Source: Geopsychrobacteraceae bacterium
GTDB taxonomy: Bacteria; Desulfobacterota; Desulfuromonadia; Desulfuromonadales; Geopsychrobacteraceae
Reading direction: 5' to 3'
Assembly (NCBI GenBank): GCA_963662315.1
Contig: OY759353.1
Span: forward strand, 3,008,001 to 3,072,000
Length of the DNA stretch: 64,000 nucleotides
The position numbers were made by a program, and so were the translations under genes. Shown in pieces: positions 1 to 9,434 of the stretch. Under the pieces are notes generated by a model that was not told the DNA's origin, ran no database searches, and worked only from the letters and a program-made list of their open reading frames with translations. Within the stretch, counting starts at the first letter, position 1, and the number at the start of each line of letters is the position of its first letter.

Positions 1-239
1 CACCGGGATCCTGTCCGTTTCACTCAACGGTGTTTTTCCAACGCCTTAAAAAACAGGTTGGCGAAGGGATTGCCAGCGGTGAAATTCGCCCTGGCAACCA
101 CTTTTTAAGTGCTTCAGCCTATTGCGGCGTCATTTTGCAAGCGGTCGAGTTACGTCTGAATGGCCAGCTCATTCAACCCTTGCCGGAGATTGCCGGAGAA
201 GTCTTTGAGCATGCCTGGTCGAGTATCAAAGCGGCCTGA
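1..239 (+). CDS. 3' part of a probable TetR/AcrR-family regulator, truncated by the window edge
   Basis: Frame is open from position 3. The C-terminus (LKKQVGEGIASGEIRP...EVFEHAWSSIK) resembles the ends of TetR ligand-binding domains. The HTH is not visible. Confidence 0.45.
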   Translation, partial: PGSCPFHSTVFFQRLKKQVGEGIASGEIRPGNHFLSASAYCGVILQAVELRLNGQLIQPLPEIAGEVFEHAWSSIKAA

Positions 240-284
240 TTCAACCTTCTGACCAGTCAGAACCTTGATACTGGCCGGTGTTTA

Positions 285-1013
285 TCATGTCTCTCGCTGC
301 TGCTCTTCAACAAACCGGGTAAAACGTCGGTAAAGCGCCGCTGCCTCTGGAGTGTCTCTTACCGCGTTGATAATGGCCTGGGGATCACGTCCCCGATCCC
401 GCAAGGAATCGGCCTGTTCCTCGATATATGAAATCATGATTTCAGCGCTATATTCAGGGTGAAACTGAACCCCCCAGGCACATTTACCGAGGCGAAAGGC
501 ATGGTTCGGTTCGAAACTGTTTTCAGCCAACCGTATCGCCGTCACCGGAAGGGATAAAACCGACTGAGAGTGCGTTGTCTGCGCATAAAATTCAGCTGGA
601 AGGTCATTACACAAAGGATCGTTGTCACTGTCTGACAGACGTTTGATCCGTTCCGTACCAATCTCCTGCCCCAAGGGATGATAGCCGACCTCACCGCCGG
701 TTGCCTGGGCCAATAACTGATGGCCATAGCAGACCCCCAGAAAAGGTATATCATTGGCGACCAGTTCCATAATCCAGTGCTCCAGCCGGACACTCCACAA
801 TAAGCGATCGGTGACCATCGCATGGGCTCCGGTCACTGTTACTCCGGCACAGTCCTGCCAGCGCGGAAGTTCCTCCATCCGATTGACATCGATAACTTCC
901 AGGGGAAGGTGAGTTGCTCCGAGTGCGGCAATCGTCCAGGCATCGAAATCGCCAAATTGTTTTTGTGTAGCCGGGAATGTCGTTCCGGTTTTTACAATGT
1001 AGAGTTTTTTCAT
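285..1013 (-). CDS. Class I glutamine amidotransferase (GMP-synthase-like GATase)
   Basis: Nucleophile motif LGVCYGHQ and QFHPE complete the Cys-His-Glu triad. Confidence 0.9.
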   Translation of the reverse strand: MKKLYIVKTGTTFPATQKQFGDFDAWTIAALGATHLPLEVIDVNRMEELPRWQDCAGVTVTGAHAMVTDRLLWSVRLEHWIMELVANDIPFLGVCYGHQLLAQATGGEVGYHPLGQEIGTERIKRLSDSDNDPLCNDLPAEFYAQTTHSQSVLSLPVTAIRLAENSFEPNHAFRLGKCAWGVQFHPEYSAEIMISYIEEQADSLRDRGRDPQAIINAVRDTPEAAALYRRFTRFVEEQQRET

Positions 1014-1114
1014 GACGTGGCTCGCTGATATCCCGATATTTTAAACTGCTTTTCTCAAATTAAGACAACCGCAGAGAAGCGCTCGCTTAACAAATGGATC
1101 CGCTCCCTGACACA

Positions 1115-1975
1115 TTACTTAACCACCTTGTAAACAGCGACAATGTCCTCATTGGCATAACCCGCCTTCCGGGCCTGCTTGAAGGTCTCATTGGCCGCTG
1201 CAGCGGTGGGTAACGGTTGGCCCAGCTGATCACCAAGAGCAATAGCCAGGCGCATATCCTTCTGCATATGCTTTAGGGGAAAGCTGGTTGCGTAATTTTC
1301 TTTCAGCAGCATGGTACCCTTGCCCTGGAACATGGGATTCGCCATGGCTCCAGCGGCCAGTATTTCAAGCAACTGCTCGCCATCCAGACCACTTTTCTGC
1401 CCCAGGGACATGCCCTCACAAAAGGCCGTCAACATACTGCCCATGATCATATTGACCACCAACTTCATATTCGCGCCCTGCCCCACATCGCCGAGATAAG
1501 GCGCCATCTTCCCCATCACCTCAAAAGCAGGAAGGGCCTCCTGATACAGACTTTTATCGCCAGCCGCAAGAATAATCAGGGTCCCGTCTTCAGCCGGCTT
1601 CTTGGTTCCGGATACGGGAGCTTCCAGGAAACGGCCACCAGCCGCAGATACCGCAGCGGCAATCTGGCGCGAAGTCACACCATCAACGGTCGACATATCG
1701 ACATAACCGCGTCCCTCGCCAATCCCGCTGGCGACCCCGTTTGCCCCGCAGCACACCTCAAGAGCGGCCAGGGGATCTGAAACCATGGCAAAGGTGATCG
1801 CACAACTGGCGGCAACCTCCGCCGGGCTATTCAGCTGTTTTGCTCCCTGAGCCACCAAAGACTGACATTTATCAGGATTGCGGTTCCAGACACAAACGTC
1901 AAAACCTGCTTTAAGCAGGTTGCTTGCCATCGCATGTCCCATAATACCAAGGCCAAGAAAACCAAATACTGCCAT
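1115..1975 (-). CDS. NAD(P)-dependent beta-hydroxyacid dehydrogenase, glyoxylate/succinic semialdehyde reductase-like
   Basis: Rossmann motif GFLGLGIMG, FLEAPVSG, catalytic Lys in MKLVVN, and FPLKHMQKDMRLA as seen in GLYR/SSAR enzymes. Confidence 0.85.
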   Translation of the reverse strand: MAVFGFLGLGIMGHAMASNLLKAGFDVCVWNRNPDKCQSLVAQGAKQLNSPAEVAASCAITFAMVSDPLAALEVCCGANGVASGIGEGRGYVDMSTVDGVTSRQIAAAVSAAGGRFLEAPVSGTKKPAEDGTLIILAAGDKSLYQEALPAFEVMGKMAPYLGDVGQGANMKLVVNMIMGSMLTAFCEGMSLGQKSGLDGEQLLEILAAGAMANPMFQGKGTMLLKENYATSFPLKHMQKDMRLAIALGDQLGQPLPTAAAANETFKQARKAGYANEDIVAVYKVVK

Positions 1976-2022
1976 TACAAAAACTCCTGTCTCTTTTACC
2001 GGGCTAAACTGAAAACAAGCAT

Positions 2023-2292
2023 TTAACGCTTCCAGCGTTTTTCCAAGGGGCTCTTGCTCGCCGGCGATAAGTCCGCGCGAATCGCTTCAACACTCCGGGA
2101 ATAAATCAACTCCCGCCCCATGATACTACCAGCATAGGCGCGTTGATTGCGGGTCGGCTCCAGCTTGCATTTACTCGCATGAGGTCCGTCTCCAACCAGA
2201 ACCCAGATAGCTTCAGGACTGACACTGGTAACGGTAACTTCGATGATCTGACCTGACTCGGTTTCAACTTTGATTTTGTCATGTTTTTGCAT
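2023..2292 (-). CDS. Hypothetical protein (89 aa)
   Basis: Preceded by an AGGAG RBS and co-oriented with the downstream genes. No recognisable motif. Confidence 0.65.
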   Translation of the reverse strand: MQKHDKIKVETESGQIIEVTVTSVSPEAIWVLVGDGPHASKCKLEPTRNQRAYAGSIMGRELIYSRSVEAIRADLSPASKSPLEKRWKR

Positions 2293-2547
2293 CGGCAGGC
2301 TCCTATAATAGTTAAGTTGTGCGCCTCTACATCATATTAGATTCATCACGTTATGACACAAAAATACCACACCCTTATTTCTTCTTGCAGGGCAGAATAT
2401 GTTCCCAATCCCCCCACAGTAGTGATTTTCTTACTTTATCTCATGATAACATTTGATTTTAAGTGCTTTTCCCGCAATACTTTATACCTTATTTCACGCA
2501 TGGAATAGTTTTTCTGGCATGTATTTTCCTAACAAAAGGGAGTCTTT

Positions 2548-3699
2548 ATGAAGCGTCTCATTATTTGTCTTCTCTGCCTTCTGCTGATGGCACCTGCGGT
2601 CATGGCCGCAGATACCATTAAGCTGGGAGCTTTCTTTGATCTGTCCGGTCGTGCCTCCTTTATTGGCACCCCCACCAAACTGGTTGCTGAAATGGTTGTC
2701 GCCAAAATCAACGCCGAAGGGGGTATCAACGGCAAAAAACTCGAACTGGAAATAGGTGATACCGAGGGCGATCCGGCTAAAGCGGCGTCCATTGCCAAAA
2801 AATTCATTTATAAAGACGGCGTTGTCGCCATTATTGGCCCCACCCTGACTGATACCGGGATGAATATCAAAAAAATTGCCGACAAAGCCGAAATCCCCGT
2901 CGTTATGACAGTCGGTGGCGACCCGGTTATCATGGGTGGCAAGTTCGGCTCTTTCAAGTGGATCTTCAAATCTCCTCAACGTTCGCAAACAGCTGTTGAA
3001 AGACTGTTTATGTATCTGCAGGAAAAAGGGCTGACCAAAGTTGCCCTGCTGGCCGGTACTGATGGTTTTGGAAAAGATGGCGCCCGCTGGATGAAACAGC
3101 TTGCTCCCCAATACGGTATTGAACTGCTTGCCGAAGAATCATTTGGCAACCGCGACACCGATATGACCTCGCAGCTGACCAAAGTCAAAAACAGCAATCC
3201 TCAGGCAATTATCGCCTGGACCACCGGCCCCGCAGGCTCTATTATCGCCAAAAACAAGGTACAGCTCGGCATCGACCTGCCCCTGTTCCAGTGCCATGGC
3301 CTGCCCGACCCCAAATATATTGAACTGGCCGGCCCCGCCAGTGAAGGCGACCGTATGCCGGCGACCAAGCTGATGGTTGCTGCCGAATTGCCTGACAACG
3401 ACCCCCAGAAACCGGTTATTCAGGAATTTATCAAGCTTTACACTCAAAACGGCTATGACAAGCAGTTCCCGATCAATACCCATTCCGGTTATGCCTGGGA
3501 CGCTATCATGATCATTGCCAATGCCATGAAAAAAGTCGGCACCGCCCCTGAAGCGCTGCGCGCCGAAATTGAAAATACCAAAAATTATATCGGTATATCC
3601 GGTACTTATAATCTCACGGCAGAAGACCACAATGGTCTCAATACCAGCTCCATGGTCATGGTTCAGGTTAAAAACGGTAAGTTTGTCTTAGCCGAGTAA
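2548..3699 (+). CDS. LivJ/LivK-type ABC substrate-binding protein
   Basis: Signal peptide, then IKLGAFFDLSG, INAEGGINGKKLEL and AWDAIMIIANAMKK. Confidence 0.9.
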   Translation: MKRLIICLLCLLLMAPAVMAADTIKLGAFFDLSGRASFIGTPTKLVAEMVVAKINAEGGINGKKLELEIGDTEGDPAKAASIAKKFIYKDGVVAIIGPTLTDTGMNIKKIADKAEIPVVMTVGGDPVIMGGKFGSFKWIFKSPQRSQTAVERLFMYLQEKGLTKVALLAGTDGFGKDGARWMKQLAPQYGIELLAEESFGNRDTDMTSQLTKVKNSNPQAIIAWTTGPAGSIIAKNKVQLGIDLPLFQCHGLPDPKYIELAGPASEGDRMPATKLMVAAELPDNDPQKPVIQEFIKLYTQNGYDKQFPINTHSGYAWDAIMIIANAMKKVGTAPEALRAEIENTKNYIGISGTYNLTAEDHNGLNTSSMVMVQVKNGKFVLAE

Positions 3700-3720
3700 G
3701 CACTTTCTGACCTGAGAATG

Positions 3721-3757
3721 AAAATCCCGAAGCAGCAAGGCGGCTTCGGGATTTTTA
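3721..3757 (+). terminator. Intrinsic terminator after the substrate-binding protein gene
   Basis: Inverted repeat AAAATCCCGAAGC...GCTTCGGGATTTT ending in a T run. Confidence 0.8.
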
Positions 3758-3839
3758 TGATATTTAAAATCCAGTTTGCAGAACTGAATATGTACATGAT
3801 TATGGCACTTGATTGCACTTAAACAGGAGGACTAAACTC

Positions 3840-4055
3840 ATGTCCACACGCAAAATCGCAAAAGACCTCGAACTCAAACCAGAAGATCTTGAGGGGTTTG
3901 ACCTAAAGGATTTAAAATGCCACGCTTGCAGCGGCTACGGTAGTTGTGGTTATCGGTCCTATAAATTGTTGGCCGGAAAACCGGTACTTATATGCCAGCT
4001 CCGTAAACAGAAACTTATTGAAGAACGCGACCAACAGAAAACAGCAGCAGAGTGA
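3840..4055 (+). CDS. Small four-cysteine hypothetical protein (71 aa)
   Basis: AGGAGG at 3825-3830 precedes ATG 3840. Cys pattern C-x2-C-x5-C-x15-C. Confidence 0.7.
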   Translation: MSTRKIAKDLELKPEDLEGFDLKDLKCHACSGYGSCGYRSYKLLAGKPVLICQLRKQKLIEERDQQKTAAE

Positions 4056-4123
4056 CTTGCCCCTGCAATTTAACGCGTTGGCAGCCAGAAAATCCGGAGG
4101 TCAAATATGAGTCACTCATCGCA

Positions 4124-4579
4124 TTACTTTAAACTGACCTGCCCTTCCCGGTTGATCCTGATTTTAGGTAGCAGACGACCAATATCAAGGGCCGCATCAA
4201 CACGGTACAATACCGTTTCCCGGGGGCGTCGCATCAGATCCTGAAACAGGTTGAAGGTCCCCAGCAGATCCGGTTGTCCCTGCAGGATAATGTCACCACT
4301 CCCATAGCCTTTGATCACTGGCAGATCATTGGCAACACCACTGAAAACCTGATGCCCTTCCAGCTCAACCTGATAGGTCAATCCCACCAGATTCAGAGCC
4401 ACAGCATTCGGATTGCTGACATGAAGGCCAATTTCAAAGGTTGGGACAATACTGCGCCCCGGAAGCATACGAAAACTGGATACAATGACCGTCGGCGTTT
4501 CAAAAGTTGGTAACAGAGTCGCACATCCGCCAAGGCACACAGTGAGCAGTAAAACAGCTATAAATTTTAGGCACCGCAT
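4124..4579 (-). CDS. LEA type 2 (WHy domain) lipoprotein
   Basis: Lipobox LGGC and the family motif LHVSNPNAVAL. Confidence 0.85.
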   Translation of the reverse strand: MRCLKFIAVLLLTVCLGGCATLLPTFETPTVIVSSFRMLPGRSIVPTFEIGLHVSNPNAVALNLVGLTYQVELEGHQVFSGVANDLPVIKGYGSGDIILQGQPDLLGTFNLFQDLMRRPRETVLYRVDAALDIGRLLPKIRINREGQVSLK

Positions 4580-4603
4580 AAAACCTCCCCGGTCAGAATA
4601 TCA

Positions 4604-5485
4604 TCAATAAGCCTTGCGCAAGTGGATCTCAAGGCGTGCTGCAAGCCATGAACAACTGTAGGTCAGGATAAAGTAGAGCAAGGTCACGGTCAGCCAGACT
4701 TCAAAGGTCAAGTAAGTCGCGGCCATTAACTCCATCCCCTGAAAAGTCAGCTCCTGGATAGAGATAACCGAAACGATTGCCGAATCCTTGATCGTAGAAA
4801 TAGCCTGCCCGGCCAGGGGTGGAACGATCCGCTGAAACGCCTGGGGCAGAACGACATGCTGCAGTACTTGCCTACGCCGCATTCCCAGCGCTCTGGCGGC
4901 CTGCCACTGTCCTTCATCAATACTGTTAATACCGGCTCGGGCGATTTCAGCTATATAAGCAGCTTCAAACAGAGCCAGGGTGAACACCGCGGCGATAAAC
5001 GCTTCTATCTGATCGGGAGCGGCCAGAAACCAGTAACAAAACTGTTGGAGTAGCGCGGGAGCTCCCTGTAAGTGGTCTCCAAGGGCCAGTACAGGCAGAA
5101 TTTTGTCACTGATGAAGTAGTAAAAAATAAACATCAGGACCAGCGGCGGCAGGTTACGCAGCAGGGTCACATAAGTACCACCGAGTAGCCGATTGAACAG
5201 TTGCTGACTGATGCGCAACAAACCACACAGCAGCCCCAGCGGCAAAGCCAGTAGCAGGCTCCAGAAACTCAAGCGCATGGTGGTCAGCAGCCCTTGCACC
5301 AGCAGATTGGCCACCCACCCCCGTTCATCGTCATAACGAAATAAGTATTGAGGAATGACCGACCAGTGCCACTGGTATTCGAGACTGTTGGTAACCCGGT
5401 AGCCCAAGAAGGCAATGGCTCCGATCACCAGTGCCAAGAGTATGGTGTCGATCGGTTTCCAGCGTATGGACGTTGAATTGGACAA
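4604..5485 (-). CDS. Polar amino-acid ABC transporter permease
   Basis: RNLPPLV, EAA loop AYIAEIARAGINSIDEGQWQAARALG, and IKDSA. Confidence 0.92.
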   Translation of the reverse strand: MSNSTSIRWKPIDTILLALVIGAIAFLGYRVTNSLEYQWHWSVIPQYLFRYDDERGWVANLLVQGLLTTMRLSFWSLLLALPLGLLCGLLRISQQLFNRLLGGTYVTLLRNLPPLVLMFIFYYFISDKILPVLALGDHLQGAPALLQQFCYWFLAAPDQIEAFIAAVFTLALFEAAYIAEIARAGINSIDEGQWQAARALGMRRRQVLQHVVLPQAFQRIVPPLAGQAISTIKDSAIVSVISIQELTFQGMELMAATYLTFEVWLTVTLLYFILTYSCSWLAARLEIHLRKAY

Positions 5486-5517
5486 TGTTATGGCTCGACC
5501 TTGAAAAACTTATTTTC

Positions 5518-5589
5518 ACCGCAAAGACGCGAAGTTCGCTAAGAAAGCCCTTGATAAAACTTCCTCTGCGTTCTTTGCGTCTTTGCAGT
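5518..5589. repeat. Intergenic palindromic element built from inverted CGCnAAG heptamers (REP/MITE-like)
   Basis: GCAAAGACGC (5521-5530) is the exact reverse complement of GCGTCTTTGC (5577-5586). Each arm has three heptamer units. Confidence 0.6.
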
Positions 5590-5595
5590 AATCAA

Positions 5596-6402
5596 TCACT
5601 CAACCTGATCTTTCCAGTCCTGGGTGGTGAACCAGTAGTCATAACGTTGCTGCAGCCATCCGGCAGCATTCTTATCGGCAATCCATTTATTCAGATAATT
5701 CAGAAATTCAGCATCATTTTTGCGCACAGCAAAGCCGATCGGCTCTTTGGTGAAAGTTTTTCCCGCCAGGGGCAGGTACAGCTTGGTGCTGTATTTCAAC
5801 GACTGGAATTCCGGAAACGGTTGCGATGACACCATGGCGGCAGCACGGTTGTTGAGTACTTCCTGCAAAGCCTGTCCTTCATCATCGAACAGACGCAGCT
5901 GGGCTTTGGGCAGATGTTCTTTAACGGCAGCGGCAGCGGTGGTACCGATGCGGGCCACGATAGTCAGCTCCGGATTATTGAAAGCGTCCAGGCCGGTACG
6001 CCCCGCGGCAACCTTACTGTTGGCGACGATCGACATACCGGAAAATTCGTAGGGATCACTGAAGTCAACTTTAAGCAAACGTTCTTCGGTAATGCCCATG
6101 CCCCCGATGATGATATCAAACTTACCCGTCAGTAGAGCCGGAATAATCCCGGACCACTTGGTCGGCACGAACTGGGCTTCTACCCCCATATCTGCTGCCA
6201 GCTGCTTGGCGACTTCAATTTCAAAACCGGTATATCCCCCTTTTTTATCTTTCATGGCCCAGGGGACAAAGGTGGAAAATCCGATACGTAACTTATTTTT
6301 TGCCTGGATTTGGGTGAGCGTGCTTTGTGTGCTGTCACTTGCCATAACCGGTGCGGCAAAAAGCACCATCAGCAGCAGTGTTGCCATAGCTTTCATTTTC
6401 AT
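5596..6402 (-). CDS. Polar amino-acid ABC transporter substrate-binding protein (family 3)
   Basis: Signal peptide, GFEIEVAKQLAADMGV, WSGIIPALLTGKFDII and VDFSDPY. Confidence 0.92.
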   Translation of the reverse strand: MKMKAMATLLLMVLFAAPVMASDSTQSTLTQIQAKNKLRIGFSTFVPWAMKDKKGGYTGFEIEVAKQLAADMGVEAQFVPTKWSGIIPALLTGKFDIIIGGMGITEERLLKVDFSDPYEFSGMSIVANSKVAAGRTGLDAFNNPELTIVARIGTTAAAAVKEHLPKAQLRLFDDEGQALQEVLNNRAAAMVSSQPFPEFQSLKYSTKLYLPLAGKTFTKEPIGFAVRKNDAEFLNYLNKWIADKNAAGWLQQRYDYWFTTQDWKDQVE

Positions 6403-6423
6403 TACAAGCTCCTCTTTTCAGGG

Positions 6424-7167
6424 TCAAAATTCATGAACGTTCAGCCAATATTCCAAATATTTTACCAGAATTGATAGGAACATGGTGACGGCAAGATAAA
6501 TTGCCGCAACGGTAAACCAGATTTCAAAGGTCAGAAAGGTTTCAGCAATGATCTGCTGCCCCTGCATGGTCAGATCATAAATGGCAATGGTTGAGACCAG
6601 AGCGGAATCCTTGATCAGGGAGATGGCCTGACTGGTCAAAGGGGGAATCATCTGCCGTAACGCCTGAGGCAGAATGATGAAACGGTAAGCCTGTGGGCGG
6701 TTCAGGCCAAGGGAAGCGGCTGCCTCCCACTGTCCTGCCGGAATAGCGAGAATCCCGGCACGCATAATTTCTGAGGCATAGGCTCCTTCAAACAGGCTCA
6801 GTGCAATCACCGCAGAGGAAAATCGGCCCAGATCAAGAATCGGTGCCAGTACAAAATAGAGGACAAAAATCTGAATCAGCAGTGGCGTGTTGCGGATCAG
6901 TTCCAGATAAACCCTGGCGATAAGTCGGGCCATAATACTGTCTGACAGACGCATTAACGCTGTGCACAAACCGATGATCAGGGACAACCCCAGACTCAGA
7001 AGGCTGATTTCAAGGGTCAGCCACAGCCCCTGCAGTAGAGGACCGGGCTGAAAATGTGACCCCTTCGTGGTCACCAGATAGCCGGTAACCCGCTCCCACT
7101 GCCAGTTGTAACCAAGGTTTTCCGCTCCTTGCAGCAATAACTGGACACACCATGCCACCACCATCAC
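6424..7167 (-). CDS. Polar amino-acid ABC transporter permease; start may extend to 7230
   Basis: RNTPLLIQ, AYASEIMRAGILAIPAGQWEAAASLG and IKDSAL. Confidence 0.9.
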   Translation of the reverse strand: MMVVAWCVQLLLQGAENLGYNWQWERVTGYLVTTKGSHFQPGPLLQGLWLTLEISLLSLGLSLIIGLCTALMRLSDSIMARLIARVYLELIRNTPLLIQIFVLYFVLAPILDLGRFSSAVIALSLFEGAYASEIMRAGILAIPAGQWEAAASLGLNRPQAYRFIILPQALRQMIPPLTSQAISLIKDSALVSTIAIYDLTMQGQQIIAETFLTFEIWFTVAAIYLAVTMFLSILVKYLEYWLNVHEF

Positions 7168-7254
7168 AAAAGCAATGACCTGCAGTGCCCTGTTGATGAA
7201 TTGCTTGTGTGGCTGGCTGAAGTAAAAGATGGCCCGGCTCCTGTAGTAACGGTG

Positions 7255-7710
7255 CTAACGCTGTTGCTTGAGTATATACTTTTGGTGATACTCTTCTGCG
7301 CGCCAAAATGTCATAGCGGGAACAATTTCAGTGACAATCGGATCAGCAAACGCACCGGAGGCATCAAGAGCTGCTTTGGACTGTTCGGCAACAAGTCGCT
7401 GCGCGTCGCTGTGATAAAAAATGGCCGAACGATACTGGCTACCTAAATCCCACCCCTGGCGATTAAGCGTGGTCGGATTATGTTTACGCCAGAACAGGTC
7501 CAACAGCTGCGGGTAACTGACGACAGCCGGGTCAAATTCCAGAGCAACAACCTCGGCATGGCCACTCTCATCACTGCAGACGATCTGGTAAGTCGGGCTA
7601 TCAATGTGTCCGCCCATGTAGCCAACCGCGGTTGTAACGACCCCGGGCACCTGCCGAAAAGCTTCCTCTATCCCCCAGAAACAGCCTGCCGCAAAAGTAG
7701 CTCGCTCCAT
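7255..7710 (-). CDS. msrA: Peptide methionine sulfoxide reductase A
   Basis: GCFWG active site, GHAEVV, QYRSAIF and AEEYHQKY. Confidence 0.95.
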   Translation of the reverse strand: MERATFAAGCFWGIEEAFRQVPGVVTTAVGYMGGHIDSPTYQIVCSDESGHAEVVALEFDPAVVSYPQLLDLFWRKHNPTTLNRQGWDLGSQYRSAIFYHSDAQRLVAEQSKAALDASGAFADPIVTEIVPAMTFWRAEEYHQKYILKQQR

Positions 7711-7806
7711 TTATCCCTCCTTTAGCGGGACATCATCCCCGTCACTCAGAGTAAAACGTATCTGAAGCTATGATAAGAACTTTTTCTGGTTACAGGCAAG
7801 TCCCTG

Positions 7807-9414
7807 TTAACGAAGTTGCAGAACTAATAGATTGATCATACCGATGAGAAAACCGAGCAAGGCACCAAACAGGTTAATGTACTTGAACTGCTCCTGCATA
7901 ATCCCCATCAGCAGCCCTTCGACCTGCAGCAGGTCAAGACCGTTGACCTTGTCCTCAACCATCTGCTTGACATTCAGGGTATCGACCAGCTTGGGCGCTT
8001 CCTTGCGCAGCACCTCCTCAACCAGCTGACAACTGCCCACTTCCAGCTCCTGGCGCACATCTCCTGGCAGGCGAGCCGACAAGCGCCCCAGCGGCCGACG
8101 ATAAATCCAGTCTTCACTCTGTTCGATAAGAACCGCTTTCAAGGCTGCCTGCGCTTTGGCTGAACGCATCACCTCCAACAATTTATCCGCCAAGTAATCA
8201 CGCCCCTTTTGCACCCCCTGCTCCGGCAGGACAGCACTGAACATATTTTCAAAGGAGCGATCCTTAATCCGGTCAATGGCGCTTTCGGTCAGGATAATAG
8301 CGGTATCCACCGTGCGCCGTGACTGTAACCTGGCAACAATCTGATTACGGGCAAACTGCCGCACACCCCGGATCTTTTCGTAAGGCATTTTCTCAATATA
8401 GCTGGCCAGACTCCGGTCAAGAATGTGATCAGCACGCTCGCGCAGCAGAGTGGCCAACTGTTGCTGGGTGCGTTCCTGTTTCAGCCAAGCCGCCAGTTCA
8501 TCGCCAGCCTTATCGAGAAACTCGGGTATCTTGCTGTAGATCTTGTCCAGATCGATAAATCCGCTCAGCAGGCCGGCCAGTCCCCCCAGGGAATCAAGGA
8601 ACCCATCGATGGCTTTCTTCCCCTTGGCCACCAGTTGACCTCGAAACTCAGGGTCATAAAGCATTCCACCGAATTTTTCCACCAGTGGCGGGAGTTCTTT
8701 TTCAATCTGAGCGAGGATCATCTCCACCAAATCTGCCGGCAGCAACTGGCGCAGCGTCTTGTCGCTGGTCAGCAGGTGTTCCGTTTTGCGATCAACAAAG
8801 TCACCAACCATGGCCGCCGTCTTGGGACTTTGAATAAAACCACTCAACCGCTCGTCAAGATGTCTCTGTACCGCAACATAGCGATCAGGGGTCAGAAAGC
8901 TGGCCAGATCTCGGGCCAGAATCTGGTCCCCCTGCTGCTGCAGGTAAGACCGAAAACGGCTCTCAAAATTCTGGCTGGACAAGTAATCAAAGATCAGTTT
9001 GACCGTTTTGCCCTGCAGTAGCGTGACAAATTCGCGAAACCGAATCCGGAAACGATCCGGTACCAGACTTTCCAGGGGGCCAAGCTGACGGTCCAGCAGC
9101 AGGCCAAGCTTGTCGGTCACCGCCAGGCGCAGTTCACGCTGAATCGATTCACGCCCGAAGGCATGACCGACATCCCCCGCAGTCAGCAAGTGATCACCAA
9201 CCATCTCCCCCATTTTGGCCGCCAGTTCACCCCGCTTGGCCGGAATGATGCCGGGGGTCAGAGGTACACGTATTCCGAATATACGCCAGGCCCGTAGCGG
9301 CCTGAACAGCATGCGGATAGCGACATAGTTGGTGACATAACCAATAACTGCCCCCAACAACGGGGGCAGCAATAGGGGAAGCCAGTGCTGAACTTCGGAC
9401 ATAAACTCATTCAT
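7807..9414 (-). CDS. DUF445-family membrane-anchored protein
   Basis: N-terminal GAVIGYVTNYVAIRMLFRP...GIIP and C-terminal YINLFGALLGFLIG flank a long helical region. Confidence 0.85.
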   Translation of the reverse strand: MNEFMSEVQHWLPLLLPPLLGAVIGYVTNYVAIRMLFRPLRAWRIFGIRVPLTPGIIPAKRGELAAKMGEMVGDHLLTAGDVGHAFGRESIQRELRLAVTDKLGLLLDRQLGPLESLVPDRFRIRFREFVTLLQGKTVKLIFDYLSSQNFESRFRSYLQQQGDQILARDLASFLTPDRYVAVQRHLDERLSGFIQSPKTAAMVGDFVDRKTEHLLTSDKTLRQLLPADLVEMILAQIEKELPPLVEKFGGMLYDPEFRGQLVAKGKKAIDGFLDSLGGLAGLLSGFIDLDKIYSKIPEFLDKAGDELAAWLKQERTQQQLATLLRERADHILDRSLASYIEKMPYEKIRGVRQFARNQIVARLQSRRTVDTAIILTESAIDRIKDRSFENMFSAVLPEQGVQKGRDYLADKLLEVMRSAKAQAALKAVLIEQSEDWIYRRPLGRLSARLPGDVRQELEVGSCQLVEEVLRKEAPKLVDTLNVKQMVEDKVNGLDLLQVEGLLMGIMQEQFKYINLFGALLGFLIGMINLLVLQLR

Positions 9415-9434
9415 GGGAACTGGTCAATACGCTA

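Noticed and set aside
3803..3817. TGGCACTTGATTGCA, resembling a sigma54 promoter, before the small Cys protein
   Set aside because: GG-to-GC spacing is 9 nt rather than the required 10.
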